The notes beneath the pieces are model-generated. The model was not told the DNA's origin. It made no database searches and saw nothing but the letters and a program-made list of their open reading frames with translations. The position numbers were made by a program, and so were the translations under genes. 64,000 nt of DNA from Methanotrichaceae archaeon (GTDB lineage: Archaea; Halobacteriota; Methanosarcinia; Methanotrichales; Methanotrichaceae): contig CAWEXU010000013.1 of assembly GCA_963813075.1 (NCBI GenBank), positions 145,237 to 209,236 on the forward strand, written 5' to 3'. This document shows, one piece after another, positions 41,475 through 53,726 of this stretch (positions are counted from its first letter, which is position 1; each line of letters starts with the position of its first letter).

Positions 41475-44400
41475 TTATGGCATATAGTTTTCGTAGATGT
41501 ATATATCTTTGTCTCCGCTGCGATCATCCGTCCAGACGATCCTCGCCGCCCTTATGCGCGGCTCCATCTGATTGCCGGGATCGGTGCAGATGGGCGTCTC
41601 TCGGGCCACATTCAGGTCGTAGACATAGATATCCGATTCTCCATTCCGCTTATCCTGCCAGACAATGACCCCGTTCTCGACATCGGGATTGATCTGATCG
41701 GCTGAATCGGTGGTTATCTGCACCTCCTCGGCTCGTGTTCAGGTCGTAGGCATAGATATCCCAGTTTCCGTTGCGATTGTCCTGCCAGACCACAGTGCGA
41801 CCGTCCGTTGAGGCATTGATCTGGTCGGCAGCATCAGTGACAATCGCCTGTGGCTCGGCTCCCCTACCCTGCTTCCAGAGGAGGATATCCCAGCTTCCCG
41901 CTTTGTTGTTCTGGTAGACCACGTAATCCCCTCCCGCCCGGGCATTGATGCCGCTGGGAGGCGATTCGGGAGCAACCTCCTTCTCGTAAAGTGGTCGGGA
42001 GTAGACCATCCAGCCGAAGTAGGTCTTTCTCAAATAGGTCAGGTAATCATCGCTCAGAGAGATGGGGGTGGCATTCTCCAGGCCGTAGACCAATTCCGTC
42101 GAGTTGTCTATGGAAACGTCAAATGTCCTGATGCTCCAGTAATCCTCAATCTGGTATTGATTATTTGGATTTCTGGCCACCCAGGCGATGATGCTTCCTC
42201 TTATGTCCGGATACATGTCCTCGTAGGGACTGGCAGCCAGCGGAAGCTCCAGCTCCTGAGCCAGGCTGTAGACGTAGATATCTGGATTGCCGGTGCGGTT
42301 GTCCATCCAGGCCACATAATAGCCCACCTGATCGTTTCCGCCTACAACCGGATGGCTCTGGTCTCCGGGGACCTTGCTGATAACGCTGCTCTGGCCGGCG
42401 GTAACTGCCACTGACCTGGGTTTGCCGCTGTGGGTATTGATCCAGACCAGCTTCCTGTCCATGCTCGGTTTGGCCTGGCCGGGACCGGCCTGGACCAATT
42501 CGTCCTTCCAGCTGGCCAGGTCCAGCTTTCTTATGGAAGTGTCCTCGCCCGAGCCGTCCACATAGGCGATATAATTACCCGATACCACGGGGTTGGACTG
42601 CTCACCTTCTCGGGGATAGGTCTTGCCCCATTTCTTATCCCAGAAGTAATAAGAGATATCACTCGTCTTGGCATCCTGCCAGGCAATGGTGTATCCGGAG
42701 ATGTCCGGATAGAGCTGATCACCATCCTCAGTGAGCTTGGTCTCGGTTCCATTGACAAGGTCTTTTACATAGATATCGAAGTTGCCATTTCTGTTGTCCT
42801 GCCAGACCACCAGATCGCCGCTGATGACAGGATACATCTGCTGGCCTGATCCCTTGTAGATGGGCGTTGTCTTGTCCGCGGAAAGCTCTTTCATGTAGAC
42901 ATCCCAGTTGCCGCTGGAGTTGTCCTGCCAGACCACCTGGTCTCCGGAGATGGAGGGCCACATCTGATCGCCCTTGCCCGTGGCCACAGGGGACTCGACT
43001 CCGGTGGCGATGTTCGTCATATAAATATCCGAGTCTCCGCTCCGGTAGTCCGAGAAGACCACTATATCCCCGGAGGACCGGGGGTAAAGCTGGTCGTAAT
43101 CCCCTCGGGTTATGGGCTTTTCCGATCGGGTGAAGAAGTCAAAGCCGTAGATATTCCAGTTGCCCCTCCGGTTGTCGCTCCATACCAGCAGGCTGCCGTT
43201 GGTGCTTGGATAGTCTGCATCCAAAAGCAGAAGCGGATCGGAGTTTATGTATCTCATCCTGATCTGCGAATGGCCGTCGCTGTTGTCCATCCACACGATC
43301 TTGTTGTTGCTTATGATCTTGCTGGAGAGATAGGGCTTGACCTGGTCTGGATCGCCCTTGCCGTCGTTAGGGGTCTGCTGGTTGGGCAAAGTGGATATGG
43401 GCACCTCCAACCCCTTTCTCAGGTCAAACAGATAGATGTCCGAATCCCCCTGCCGGACGTCGAGCCAGGCTATATAATTGCCGTGGACAACCGGATTTCC
43501 CTGATTGGAGGGGTCGATCACCACAACTCTCTCCGTACTCGTGACCAGGTCATAGGTATAGATATCCCAGTTCTCATGTCTGCCGTCCGCCCAGACCACA
43601 GTATTGCCCCATATCCAGGGTTGAGCCTGACGCGACGGGTCGGTGCAGATGGCGGTCTCCTTGCCCGTGGTGAGGTTAATGAGATAAAGGTCCCATTTGT
43701 CCTCGCCGCTGCGGGAATCGATCCAGACTATTCGGTCTTTATCGATCACCGGGGAGAGCTTCATGGACTGGACGGTGGTAACCTGCTTTTCCTGGCCGGT
43801 GGTGATATCATAGAGGTAGATCTGCTCACCGCCTGAGCGCTGATCGATCCAGATGATGTTATTTCCATCGATCATTCCATAGCGGTGGTCGGACTGATCA
43901 GTGGTTACCTGCTTGGTCTCCCTGGTAGACAGGTTATAGAGGAATATGTGCAGATTGCCCTGACTCTTATCCGTCCAGATCACATTTCCGTTGCTGATAT
44001 CGGGGCTGCTGTGATCGAAGCTGCCCTCGGTTATCTGCGTCTCCTTTTCGGTGGTGGTGTTGAACAGATAGACATTGAAGTTGCCGTCTCTGTTGTCCGT
44101 CCAGACGACATCATCCCCTGAGATCGAGGGATTGGTGTGATTGAAGGGGCCGCTGGTTATGGATATATCGGCCAGCATCTTGAAGTCCAACATCTGAATG
44201 TCCGGGTCAAGAGTCCCCTTTCTGAAGTCGGTCCAGACTATGCCCCGATCGCTGATGGCCGGTTCCATCTTGATGCTTCCAGCCGCTATCGGGAAGTCAC
44301 TGCCTGTTTCGATATCATAGAGATTGATGTCCGTGTGGTTGTTCAGGTAGGTGATGTAGTGGCCATAGACCCTGGGGTCGGTCTGCATGCCTGGTTTGCT

Positions 44401-45126
44401 GATGGTGGTCTCCTTGCCGGATCCCAGGTCCTTGAAGGCGATATCGGATTCGCCAGTGCGATTGTCGGCCCAGGCTACAATGTCTCCGCTCGCCGAGGGA
44501 AAAGACTGGTCACCGGCACCTGTCGAGACGGCAGACTCTTTGCCCGAGGCGATATCAAATGAATAGATGTCGAAGTCGCCGGAACGCCTGTCCATCCAGA
44601 CAACCCGGTCATCGCTGATCCTGGGCCTGATTTGCTCACCATTTGCTGAGGATACGACCGTCTCTTTCTGGGAGGGCAGGTCCATGAGGTGGATCTGATA
44701 GGTTCCTGTGCGGTCGTCCGCCCAGACCACCCTGTTGCCGCTGATGTCCGGTTGGGTCTGGTTTCCTTCAGCGATAGTTACCGCGGACTCGGTCTTGTTG
44801 ATGACATCATACATGTAGACGTCTCCATTTCCAGAGCGCATATCCTGCCAGACGATGCGCTCGCCGGAGACGGCAGGACTGATCTGGAAGAAGGGATCTA
44901 TGCAAACCCATCTCTCCAGGCCGGTCTCCAGGTCGTACATGAATATGTCGAAGTTTCCGCTCCTGTTATCTGACCAGGCGACAACATGTTCGTCTATTGC
45001 AGGCTGCAGCTGTTCTGAGCCTGCGATAATGGCTATGGGGCGCTCCTTTCCAAAGTCCGCCCCGCTGGCAGCTCCCGCCAATAGGAGGGCCGCCATCATG
45101 ATCAAAAGCCTAATTGCCTTATGCAT
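41475..45126 (-). CDS. Cell-surface beta-propeller repeat protein (Methanosarcinales type; apparent indel near 41725)
   Basis: Signal peptide followed by many PxISGxxVVWxDxRxGNxDIYxYD repeats. Confidence 0.9.
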
Positions 45127-45246
45127 CTCATCACTCTGTGATCGATATATTATGTTCTTCCTCGATACTCGTCTGATGGTTTTGGCGAACCACTATAAGG
45201 ACTTTTCTCGACGTTTGCCGTGATCAATCCGAAAGGAATTTGGATG

Positions 45247-46992
45247 CTAACGGATCATCGTTCTGCCCAGGGATACGAGGAAGAGGGCGAGGAGTAGCCA
45301 TCCCAGGATGGACTCGACCGTGGCCAGGTAGCGGTAGACTCCTACCGGGTACCATTTCACCTGGGTCTTGGCGGTAAAAACCATAGCGCTGAAGTAGAGG
45401 TTGTCCAGGAATGTGAGCGACGCGCTCTGCCCCTGAAGGTATTCGGAGCCATTCAGCGGCTCCACTACGATTCCAGCTCCCTGCCAGTATAAAAATGCGA
45501 ACAGCAGGATGAATAAGCCGCTCAGGAATACCGTGTGTCTGGGTCGGACCCCGTATCCGCAGGAGATCCAGGCCAGGCCGTCCAATAGCTTTGACCAGTT
45601 GATCTTTCTCTTTTCTCCTTCCTGGATGGTAAATTCCTTGGCCGATTGGCTCATCCGACGGTAGTGGTAATAGCAGTCATCAGCATCCTCGAACCACTCC
45701 AGGTTCCGGTAGTTCCTGGCCAAAGAGAGGTATGCTTCGCCATCATATGTCAGGTGATTGCACAGCAGTGGCCACCTGGCCTCCAGGCGGATGAATTCGC
45801 AGTTATGAAGCGACATCTGCCCACGGATTTGCGCTTTTGTTAGGCGCATCTTATGGATGCTGGCGCTGGCAAGAGAGATGTCCTTGTGAAAACTGGCGGC
45901 CTTGAGATCCGCGGTCTTCGTGAATGCCGTCCCCTCAAAGAGAGCATCCTCCATAAAGCATGCCGTGACCAGACTGACATTTGCCATGAAAGCGGCCTGA
46001 GAGAAGGTGGCCGATCCACGAAAGAGAGTGTTCTCGAAGCACGCATCCCCCTGAAATGATGATCCCTGCCAGGAGGATCCGCCCCTGAACTGAGCACCTT
46101 TGAAGGTCGCCATGCCAAAGGTGGCCCAGGAGAACTGGGCATCCTTCTCTATGGTTGCCTCCTGGAAGTTCACATCGGAAAACTGGGCGCGAAAGAAGTT
46201 TGCATTGCCGGATATGCATGTACCGATGAATATCGCATCCATTCGAAACAGAGCGAACTCCATATTCAGCTCCTCTTGGAAAAAGGTAGCTCGAAAGTCA
46301 GCATTACCCGAGAGAAGGGCTCCTTGAAAGCTGGCGTAGCCAGCGAATTTTGCCCCCTGAAACGAGGCTTCGGCATGAAAATACGACTTCCAGAAGCTCG
46401 TTGATCCATCAAAAGAGACCAGATTGAAGTTGGCGGTCCCTGAGAACCGGGCCCCTGTCCAGTCTGCGTCCCTCCGGAAGGAGGCCTCCAGGAAGTTGGC
46501 GCACAGCTCGCTGAATGTGGCAGAGACGAAAATGGCCGGGCAGTCGAAGAGGGCTTTGCCGAAGTTTGCTATAGCGGAAAAGCTCGCCTCCTGGAATCGG
46601 GCCTCTTTTAGGAATCCGGCATCTCTGAAGGAGGCGTATCTGAGAAAGCTGGTCCCCTCGAATCTGGCACCATCCTCGAATGTTGACCCTTTAAAGCTTG
46701 CCTCCTGGCAGAAGGTCGAGCCGCCAAGGTCCAGAGGCTCGCGGAAGATGGTGTTGGCTAAATTGACCTTCCCCTGAAAATCTGAGTTCCTGATCTCTAT
46801 CCTGGAGGCGACAACATGAGCCACCTGGGACTTATCTTGCGATCGCTGGCTGTGAACAAAGGGCAGTTCGAGCTTTGATATGTCCACATCACCTGCTATC
46901 GCTACATGCTCATAGATGACCGGCTCGCCCTTTTCAATCCTTTCCAGGATCTCACGAGCCTCAACAACGGGGAGAGGTGGTCCTTCTGCCAT
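45247..46992 (-). CDS. Pentapeptide-repeat protein with C-terminal two-TM ion-channel-like domain
   Basis: A.F..A.F repeats, ADDCYYHYR, CGYGVRP, LYFSAMVFT, ESILGWLLLALF. Confidence 0.85.
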   Translation of the reverse strand: MAEGPPLPVVEAREILERIEKGEPVIYEHVAIAGDVDISKLELPFVHSQRSQDKSQVAHVVASRIEIRNSDFQGKVNLANTIFREPLDLGGSTFCQEASFKGSTFEDGARFEGTSFLRYASFRDAGFLKEARFQEASFSAIANFGKALFDCPAIFVSATFSELCANFLEASFRRDADWTGARFSGTANFNLVSFDGSTSFWKSYFHAEASFQGAKFAGYASFQGALLSGNADFRATFFQEELNMEFALFRMDAIFIGTCISGNANFFRAQFSDVNFQEATIEKDAQFSWATFGMATFKGAQFRGGSSWQGSSFQGDACFENTLFRGSATFSQAAFMANVSLVTACFMEDALFEGTAFTKTADLKAASFHKDISLASASIHKMRLTKAQIRGQMSLHNCEFIRLEARWPLLCNHLTYDGEAYLSLARNYRNLEWFEDADDCYYHYRRMSQSAKEFTIQEGEKRKINWSKLLDGLAWISCGYGVRPRHTVFLSGLFILLFAFLYWQGAGIVVEPLNGSEYLQGQSASLTFLDNLYFSAMVFTAKTQVKWYPVGVYRYLATVESILGWLLLALFLVSLGRTMIR

Positions 46993-47096
46993 AATGGTTC
47001 GCCTTCATAATCATTTTTGAAAGCTTCTTTGCCCAAATCAGCAATGACTATATATTCCTTCCGTCAACCCCCTGAACACACCGGGAGGAACTGTAG

Positions 47097-48317
47097 TTGA
47101 AGGATTATCTCACAATGGATGATGTCAAACTTGATAATAAAAGGGTCCTGGTAAGAGTCGACTTCAACTCCCCCATGGACCCGAGCGGAAATATCCTGGA
47201 TGACAAGAGGATCAAGAGCCATTTGGATACTTTACGCAATCTGGAGGATTGCCGGGTGGTCCTCATGGCCCACCAGAGCAGGGCGGGAAAGAAGGACTAT
47301 ACCACATTGGAAGCCCATGCCCGGACTGCGACCAGACTCCTTCGACGCGATGTCACCTATATCGATGATATTTTCGGCTCTCATGCCCGCGAGACCATAA
47401 AATCAATGATGAGAGGGGAGATTCTTCTCCTGGAGAACACCCGCTTTTATGCGGAAGAGAACATGACCCGCACCCCCGCGGATCATGCCAAAAGCCATAT
47501 GGTAAAGAAGCTGGCACCACTTTTCGATCTATTTATCAACGACGCTTTTGCCGTCTCCCACCGTTCTCATTGCTCTGTGGTCGGATTCACTGAGGTTCTG
47601 CCCAGCATTGCCGGCCTTCTGATGGACAGAGAGATCACAGCACTGGATAAAGGCATGAAGGGCGACGAGCATCCCACAGTCTATTCTCTGGGAGGGACCA
47701 AAGCGGACGACTCCATCAAGGTGACGGAGAATGTGCTCCGTCGCGGCGGAGCGGACAAGATTCTGACCTCCGGGGTGGTGGCCACGGTCTTCATGATGGC
47801 AGCAGGAATCGATGTTGGTGAAGCCAATCGCAAGTTCGTAGAGGATCAGGAGTATCTTGAGCAGATACCGATCGCCGCAAAGCTTCTGGCCGAGTATCCG
47901 GGCAAGATCGCCATGCCGGTGGATGTGGCTCTGAACAAGAATGGTGAGAGAGTCGAGGTTGCCGTTTCCGGACTTCCCACCGACCTGACCATAGCGGACA
48001 TCGGCCTGGAGACCATAGTCGACTATTCCAAGGAGCTGAAGGAGGCCAAAGTGACGGTCATGAACGGGCCGGCGGGCATATTCGAGCAGGAGAAATTCAA
48101 ATTGGGCACATCTGAGCTCCTGAAGGCTGCAGCTGAGTCGAAATACTCCATTGCCGGCGGAGGGCATAGCGTGGCCGCTATCGAGCAGCTGGGTCTGGAG
48201 CCCAAGTTCTCTCATGTGAGCATGGGCGGCGGGGCGAGCATCACTTACCTCTCGGGTGAGCCACTGCCGGGAATCGAAGCCCTGAAAAAGTCCGCCCTAA
48301 AATTGCGCAAGGCTTAG
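47097..48317 (+). CDS. pgk: Phosphoglycerate kinase
   Basis: VRVDFNSP, AHQSR, LLENTRF, INDAFAVSHR, NGPAGIFE, AGGGH, SMGGGA. Confidence 0.97.
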   Translation: MKDYLTMDDVKLDNKRVLVRVDFNSPMDPSGNILDDKRIKSHLDTLRNLEDCRVVLMAHQSRAGKKDYTTLEAHARTATRLLRRDVTYIDDIFGSHARETIKSMMRGEILLLENTRFYAEENMTRTPADHAKSHMVKKLAPLFDLFINDAFAVSHRSHCSVVGFTEVLPSIAGLLMDREITALDKGMKGDEHPTVYSLGGTKADDSIKVTENVLRRGGADKILTSGVVATVFMMAAGIDVGEANRKFVEDQEYLEQIPIAAKLLAEYPGKIAMPVDVALNKNGERVEVAVSGLPTDLTIADIGLETIVDYSKELKEAKVTVMNGPAGIFEQEKFKLGTSELLKAAAESKYSIAGGGHSVAAIEQLGLEPKFSHVSMGGGASITYLSGEPLPGIEALKKSALKLRKA

Positions 48318-48325
48318 AAAGCAAA

Positions 48326-49264
48326 TCATGGCAGTCTCTCTGCCACCTTTTCCCTGCACTCCTGCAGCAGGGCACCGGGGTCGCCGCTGGCATCAAGAGA
48401 GGCCGCAGATTGGTGGCCTCCGCCATCGCCGCCGTGAGTTCTTCCGATATCTCCCAGGATCTCGTTCAGCTTCAGGCCCGCATTAGCTGCTTTGCGGCTG
48501 GACCGGGCGCTGATCCGGACCCGGTCGCCATGCCTTCCGGCGACAAAGGCCACATCCGCCCCCTGATCGACGAGCGCTGCTGCTGCGGAGCCCTCAAAGG
48601 AGTTGATCCTGGAGGTAACGATCAGCCATTCTCCCTGGCGCTCGATCTTTGCTCGGGAGGCGGCCTTGAGGACCGCTATTCTCTGAGAGATATCCTGGGG
48701 AAGGGATAGGACCTGCAGGGCCTCATCGTAATCAAATCCTCCCTCTATAAGCAATTCAGATGCGGCCATAAACGATTCTGTCGTGGCCCTTTTAAACCGT
48801 CCAGTGTCCGAGATAATCCCCACCAGTAGCCCCAGGGCCATATTCCTGTCAGGCTGCCGTCCATTCTCCTTCAGGATCTTCCAGACGATCTCCGCAGTGG
48901 ATTTGGCCGGCCTCTGGATGTAAAATTCCGCTCCCTCCACGAGGCCATCATCCTGGTGGTGGTCTACCAGGCCGTATCTGGACAGCTGGATCTCCCCCAG
49001 CTGCAGCCGGACAGAAGTGTCCACCACCACGATCAGATCCCAATCCTCTGGAGAGGGATTGATCAGGATATCCGCTCCTATGAGATCGAATAGGGCCTCT
49101 CCAGTGCGGCTCAGGTCATCTATCGCCCCCACTGCACCGCCGAAGGCTCCGGCCAGGGCAAAGGCGCTGCCTATGGCGTCCGGGTCGGCGTTGCGGTGGC
49201 ACAGGTACAGGACCTTTTTATATCTGCCAATATAGTCGCCGAACTGGGCCTCAGAGATGAGCAT
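48326..49264 (-). CDS. DHH family phosphoesterase
   Basis: HRNADPDAIGS, VVDT, VDHH, DTGRF, GGGH. Confidence 0.92.
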   Translation of the reverse strand: MLISEAQFGDYIGRYKKVLYLCHRNADPDAIGSAFALAGAFGGAVGAIDDLSRTGEALFDLIGADILINPSPEDWDLIVVVDTSVRLQLGEIQLSRYGLVDHHQDDGLVEGAEFYIQRPAKSTAEIVWKILKENGRQPDRNMALGLLVGIISDTGRFKRATTESFMAASELLIEGGFDYDEALQVLSLPQDISQRIAVLKAASRAKIERQGEWLIVTSRINSFEGSAAAALVDQGADVAFVAGRHGDRVRISARSSRKAANAGLKLNEILGDIGRTHGGDGGGHQSAASLDASGDPGALLQECREKVAERLP

Positions 49265-49349
49265 GAAATCTCGATGTTTATGGCAATTGATATAGATTGT
49301 CTTGCGGCAAATCCAAAGATCTAAGTTCTTTCCCGGAGAATAATTGGTC

Positions 49350-49994
49350 ATGCGCTTTGAGGATAGATCCCAGGCAGGAAAGATGCTGGCCGGAGCCCTG
49401 GATGGATTCCGGGGCCAGGATGCCGTGGTCTACGCCCTTCCGAGGGGCGGAGTGGTCCTGGGCTATGAGGTAGCCCGACATCTTGATGCCCCTCTGGACC
49501 TGATCATAACCAGAAAGATCGGTTATCCCGGCAGCAGAGAATGTGCCGTCTGCGCAGTATCCGAGGACGGGGAGATGATATGCGACAGCCTGGGCGCAAC
49601 CCGCCTGGATCCCGCATGGCTAAAGGGACGGGCAGAGGAGGAGGTGCAGGAGGCGAACCGTCGGCGAAGAGTCTATCTTGAGGGCCGCCCACCCCTGAAT
49701 GCAGGAGGGAAGGTGGCTATAGTGGTTGACGACGGCGTGGCCACCGGGCTTACCATCCTCCTGGCCATTATGGTGCTGAAAGGTCAGCATCCAAAGAAGA
49801 TCGTGGTGGCCGTTCCCGTCTCTTCGCCGGAGGCGGCTGAGAGGATCAGGGCAGAGGCAGACGAGCTTGTGGCCCTGGATGTGCCCGACAATTTCAGTTC
49901 CGTATCGGAGCATTACGAGGAATTTGCGCAGCTAGAGGATGAGGACGTCATCCGGCTGATCAAAGCGTCGCAAAACCGGTATAGAACCTTTTGA
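49350..49994 (+). CDS. Type I phosphoribosyltransferase family protein
   Basis: FEDRSQAG, LPRGGV, IVVDDGVATG. Confidence 0.9.
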   Translation: MRFEDRSQAGKMLAGALDGFRGQDAVVYALPRGGVVLGYEVARHLDAPLDLIITRKIGYPGSRECAVCAVSEDGEMICDSLGATRLDPAWLKGRAEEEVQEANRRRRVYLEGRPPLNAGGKVAIVVDDGVATGLTILLAIMVLKGQHPKKIVVAVPVSSPEAAERIRAEADELVALDVPDNFSSVSEHYEEFAQLEDEDVIRLIKASQNRYRTF

Positions 49995-50171
49995 CCGGCT
50001 TATTAAGAAAATGGAACGTTATACTCCCTGTTAAGCCCCGCATTAGCCCTGATGAAATCGGCACAGCAGTAGTTCGTTCTGCACCACCTTTTTATAGCGT
50101 TCATTATTAGCCCTCTTTGGCGGCATCCATAGCTGCATAAAATCCGCAGAAACGAGAATAGGAGCGTAGAA

Positions 50172-50732
50172 ATGAGGATAAAAATACTTCTGACAGCTAT
50201 CTGCTTGATGAGCATAGCAATAGCTGTGGCACTGGCCAATGGTGAGACAATTGAGTTGGGGCCCGCCAGCATAACCATGGGCCTGGAAGAGCTCGGAGCC
50301 TACGATATTGTGATGGGTGAGAGAACCTCTACCGAGCACAAAGATCCGGATTTCGTCTATGAGATCATACCTCTCAGCATCCAGATTGATGGAATAGATG
50401 AGATGGTGCAGATCGAGGTCCACAGGATGAGCACCACCGAGCCCCTTGACGGTCCAATCTCCGGAAAGCATCAGGAAAGCGGTCTGGAGCATTGCATCGA
50501 AAGATCATATTTGGTGCCTGTCGGAGAGGACATCGATACAAAAGCGTATGAGATTGACGGCCAGCAGGGCTTGATCGCCACAATCGAAGATGGAGGCGAC
50601 TCGCAATACATCGTGGCTTACAGCCCTGACCAGGAGAACGGGTCGGGATCTATTGTATGCATAGTGGCATCGAGATTGCCCTGGGAGACTACAGAAGAGC
50701 TCTTCCGTTCGATCAAGACAGAGGTTGGCTAG
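50172..50732 (+). CDS. Secreted hypothetical protein
   Basis: Signal peptide, LGP, EIDGQQG, PWETTEEL. Confidence 0.75.
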   Translation: MRIKILLTAICLMSIAIAVALANGETIELGPASITMGLEELGAYDIVMGERTSTEHKDPDFVYEIIPLSIQIDGIDEMVQIEVHRMSTTEPLDGPISGKHQESGLEHCIERSYLVPVGEDIDTKAYEIDGQQGLIATIEDGGDSQYIVAYSPDQENGSGSIVCIVASRLPWETTEELFRSIKTEVG

Positions 50733-50786
50733 AGGCAAAAAGCTGCGAAAATAGTGGAGTTTTCAGTGTAGTATGTGAGATGCTCT

Positions 50787-51857
50787 CTAATTTGGCTTAA
50801 CGGAAGTGGCCTCTGTGGCAGTGATAATAGCAGCATCATTATCATCGAGGATCTTCTCATAGCGCTCCACGATCCTCTCCACTATGTCCATATCGTAGGG
50901 CTGGTGGACGGGCACCTGGATCTCCGCCTCCATCTGGGCATAGCCGGGCGCTGCCCTCAGCCCGTCCTCCTGGACATCCAAACGGAGATCGCGGGCAATA
51001 TCCTCGATCATTGGGGTCAGGGGCTTGATCGGCCCTGACTTTTTCGCCTTTTTGCGGAACCTTTTCAGGAGGCGGTCCAACTCTCTTGCCAGGGGCTCCA
51101 CATCCCCCGAGCCTGACGCCTGGACGATCAGCTCTGCGCTCTCTTTGAGCTGGGAGAGGGTGCGAACTCCTGCCTCGATGATGTCTCCCGAGTAGTTTTC
51201 TCTCACCCTTTCCAGGTAACCGGGGGCGATGACCAGAAGGTCGATCTCCTTGAGCCGGGATAGGTCCTCTTCCTCGGGTTGGTAGGGGTTGACCACCAGA
51301 TAGTCCAGGCCCAGGCGCACGGCCAGGCTGCTGTACATGGGACTGACCCCCACCAGCTTCTTGTTCTGCAAAAGAGCCTTTCTCACCGCCTCTGGATTGG
51401 AGGAGGTGATGCCGAAGTAGTCGGCAAATCCGGGGGTGGTGGTGAGAAGCTTGGTCCGGCTGTGCTTGACGGCGTTGATCAGGCCTCTTTTCTCCAGCTC
51501 CTTCACATGCTCGTAGCTCTTGTTTCCTCTGATTTCCACCAGCTCGCTCTGCTTGATGGGCTGCTTGTAGGCGATGATGGCCAGGGTTCTGATCAGCGGG
51601 GCCTCGATCTCTTTAGGGGCAAAGGAGAGGACCCGTCTGGCCAGGAGGGGTTGAACCTGCATGGAATAGCCGTCTCCAACGCTCTTGATCTCTATTCCCG
51701 AGCTGCGGCCGGCATACTCCTGCGCCAGGTCGCGGGCCGCTTCCTCGGCCATCTCCGGGGACAGACCGGAGATATCCGCCAGCTCCTGGGGGTTCAGAAT
51801 CCTGCCGGCTGCAAAAAGAGCGGCTTCGATAACTGCTTTGGCGCTGGAATCCGTCAT
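50787..51857 (-). CDS. scpB: SMC-Scp complex subunit ScpB with C-terminal extension
   Basis: IEAALFAAG, TLAIIAYKQPI, IRG, TTPGFADYFG. Confidence 0.9.
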   Translation of the reverse strand: MTDSSAKAVIEAALFAAGRILNPQELADISGLSPEMAEEAARDLAQEYAGRSSGIEIKSVGDGYSMQVQPLLARRVLSFAPKEIEAPLIRTLAIIAYKQPIKQSELVEIRGNKSYEHVKELEKRGLINAVKHSRTKLLTTTPGFADYFGITSSNPEAVRKALLQNKKLVGVSPMYSSLAVRLGLDYLVVNPYQPEEEDLSRLKEIDLLVIAPGYLERVRENYSGDIIEAGVRTLSQLKESAELIVQASGSGDVEPLARELDRLLKRFRKKAKKSGPIKPLTPMIEDIARDLRLDVQEDGLRAAPGYAQMEAEIQVPVHQPYDMDIVERIVERYEKILDDNDAAIITATEATSVKPN

Positions 51858-51995
51858 CAGATCTACCTGAAATAGATCTCTTCCCGAGGGATTTAAGTTT
51901 TGGCCAAAGATTTGCTGTGGTGGACTTACTGCGAATTGTATTTAAACATAAAGAGACAATATTATAATTACGAGAGGCTGGCGGAGTGATGTTAG

Positions 51996-53666
51996 ATGAA
52001 TAAGATGACTCCCGGATGGTTCTGCCGGTTTACGCTTTCAATCCTGATTCTTTTTTCAATATCTTGTGCCCTTGCGCAGGATTATCCGAGCAGGATTATC
52101 CCGATTTTGTCGGATACGTGAACGATTATGCCCATCTGCTCTCAGCGCCGCAGGCATCGAGCCTGAACCAGGAGCTGAGGGACTTTGACAATCGGACCAC
52201 GATCGAGCTGGCTGTGGTGACTGTGAACTCCATCGGGGAAGATAGCCCCCAGAGTTATGCCGTCGACCTGGCCAACTATTGGGGAATTGGAAAAAGGGAC
52301 AAGGACAACGGGATCATCCTTCTCGTGGCCATGCAGTCCCGCGACATCTGGATTGAGACTGGCCGGGGTCTGGCAGGAGAGATCTCCGACCGCCAGGTCC
52401 AGGGGATCGTGGATGATATCATTATACCGCGAGTTTCGTGCCGGGAGGTCTGATCAGGGGATAATCGATGGAACAAGAGCGCTAATCAATCATTTTGACG
52501 GATCGGCTCCGTTGACGACAGGAATCACCGCGCCGGCTGCGCCAGAAAGATCCGCTTCCCCATCGCCTCAAAGCCAGAGCGGGGAGGACCGAAGCATCAT
52601 CATCTGGATTGCTGCCGCCGTTGCGGCTCTCATCGCTCTGCCCGGGGCATTCTTGGGCATAATTAATCCCAGGCGTACTCAGGCTAAGAAGAATAAGGCA
52701 CAGCTTGAAGAGATCAGAAGAGAGCTGGACGGGATGGTGGGAAGCTCGACCGCTGCCATCGGAGCTTTGGAAGAGCTCAAGGCCAATTATGTCCCGTCAA
52801 TCTGGAAATCAGCAGAGGATAGTTTCAGCATTGTGGACCTGGATAAGCTGGAGCTGGACTATATCGAAGCGGAGAGGGCATCGAGCAGGGGATGGATCAA
52901 TGCCCCTGCGGCCCAGAAGCTGATAGATGATCTGGACCAAAGCTCAAGATCGCCAAGAAGAACGTCTCCCTTCCCACGGAGAGGCTGAATGAGACCAAGA
53001 AGGCAAAGGGGGAACATCAGTCACGCCTGGCAGGGCTTGACCTGGCATTCAAGCAGGCAGAAAACGAGGTTGCAGGTGCACAGATATCCATGACCACGAT
53101 GATGGAGCTGGAGAAGGCAAAGCAGCTCTATCGCGAGGCGAAGGACATGGCCGACAAGAGCCCGGATTCGATCGACTGGATTAGACTCCGGGATAAGATC
53201 CAGACGGCAGAGGAGGCAGTCCGGCAGGTCAGCCAGAACGCAGCCAGAGATAAAGCAATAGCGGCAAAGATCCAGGGCCAGGATCCTGAGGAGATGCTGG
53301 CGAAGATCAAAGACTCTCTGGAGGCTGGGGAAAGGGAACTTAAAGGTTCCTATTCTGCCCGGCCTGATCTGGAAGCCAGCAGGGAGGAGTATGAGAGGGC
53401 GCAGGAGTATCGCTCGGGAAATATCAATGCCATCGACCTGTATATAATCCTGGACACGGTCGGACAGGCATGTCGATCATGGACATCAGAGCCGTCAGAG
53501 GGAGATGGAAATCGGCCGCCAGAGGGCAGAAGAGGTTAGAGAAAAAGAGCGGGCAACATCTGTTAGCCACGATGGGTTTGGAAGCTCAGGCTCAGATAGC
53601 TTTGGCGGCGGCCGTATGGGCGGAGGCAGCACGCGGCGGAGGAAGCAGGGCGGAGGCAAGTGGTAG
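51996..53666 (+). CDS. TPM-domain membrane protein with Gly-rich tail (several frameshifts, one caused by a 14-nt duplication)
   Basis: Signal peptide from ATG 51996; YVNDYA..LAVVTV..WGIGKRDKDNGIILLVA..IETGRGL; TM; helical region; ends GGGKW*. Confidence 0.75.
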
Positions 53667-53726
53667 GGGTAGGTGAAGTCGCCACCATTTAATAAAATAA
53701 CAAGAGAAAAAAGGAGAAAATCGCAG

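Noticed and set aside
41475..45126. Periodic DNA similarity suggestive of an array
   Set aside because: Explained by protein beta-propeller repeats; no CRISPR repeat-spacer pattern found anywhere in the window
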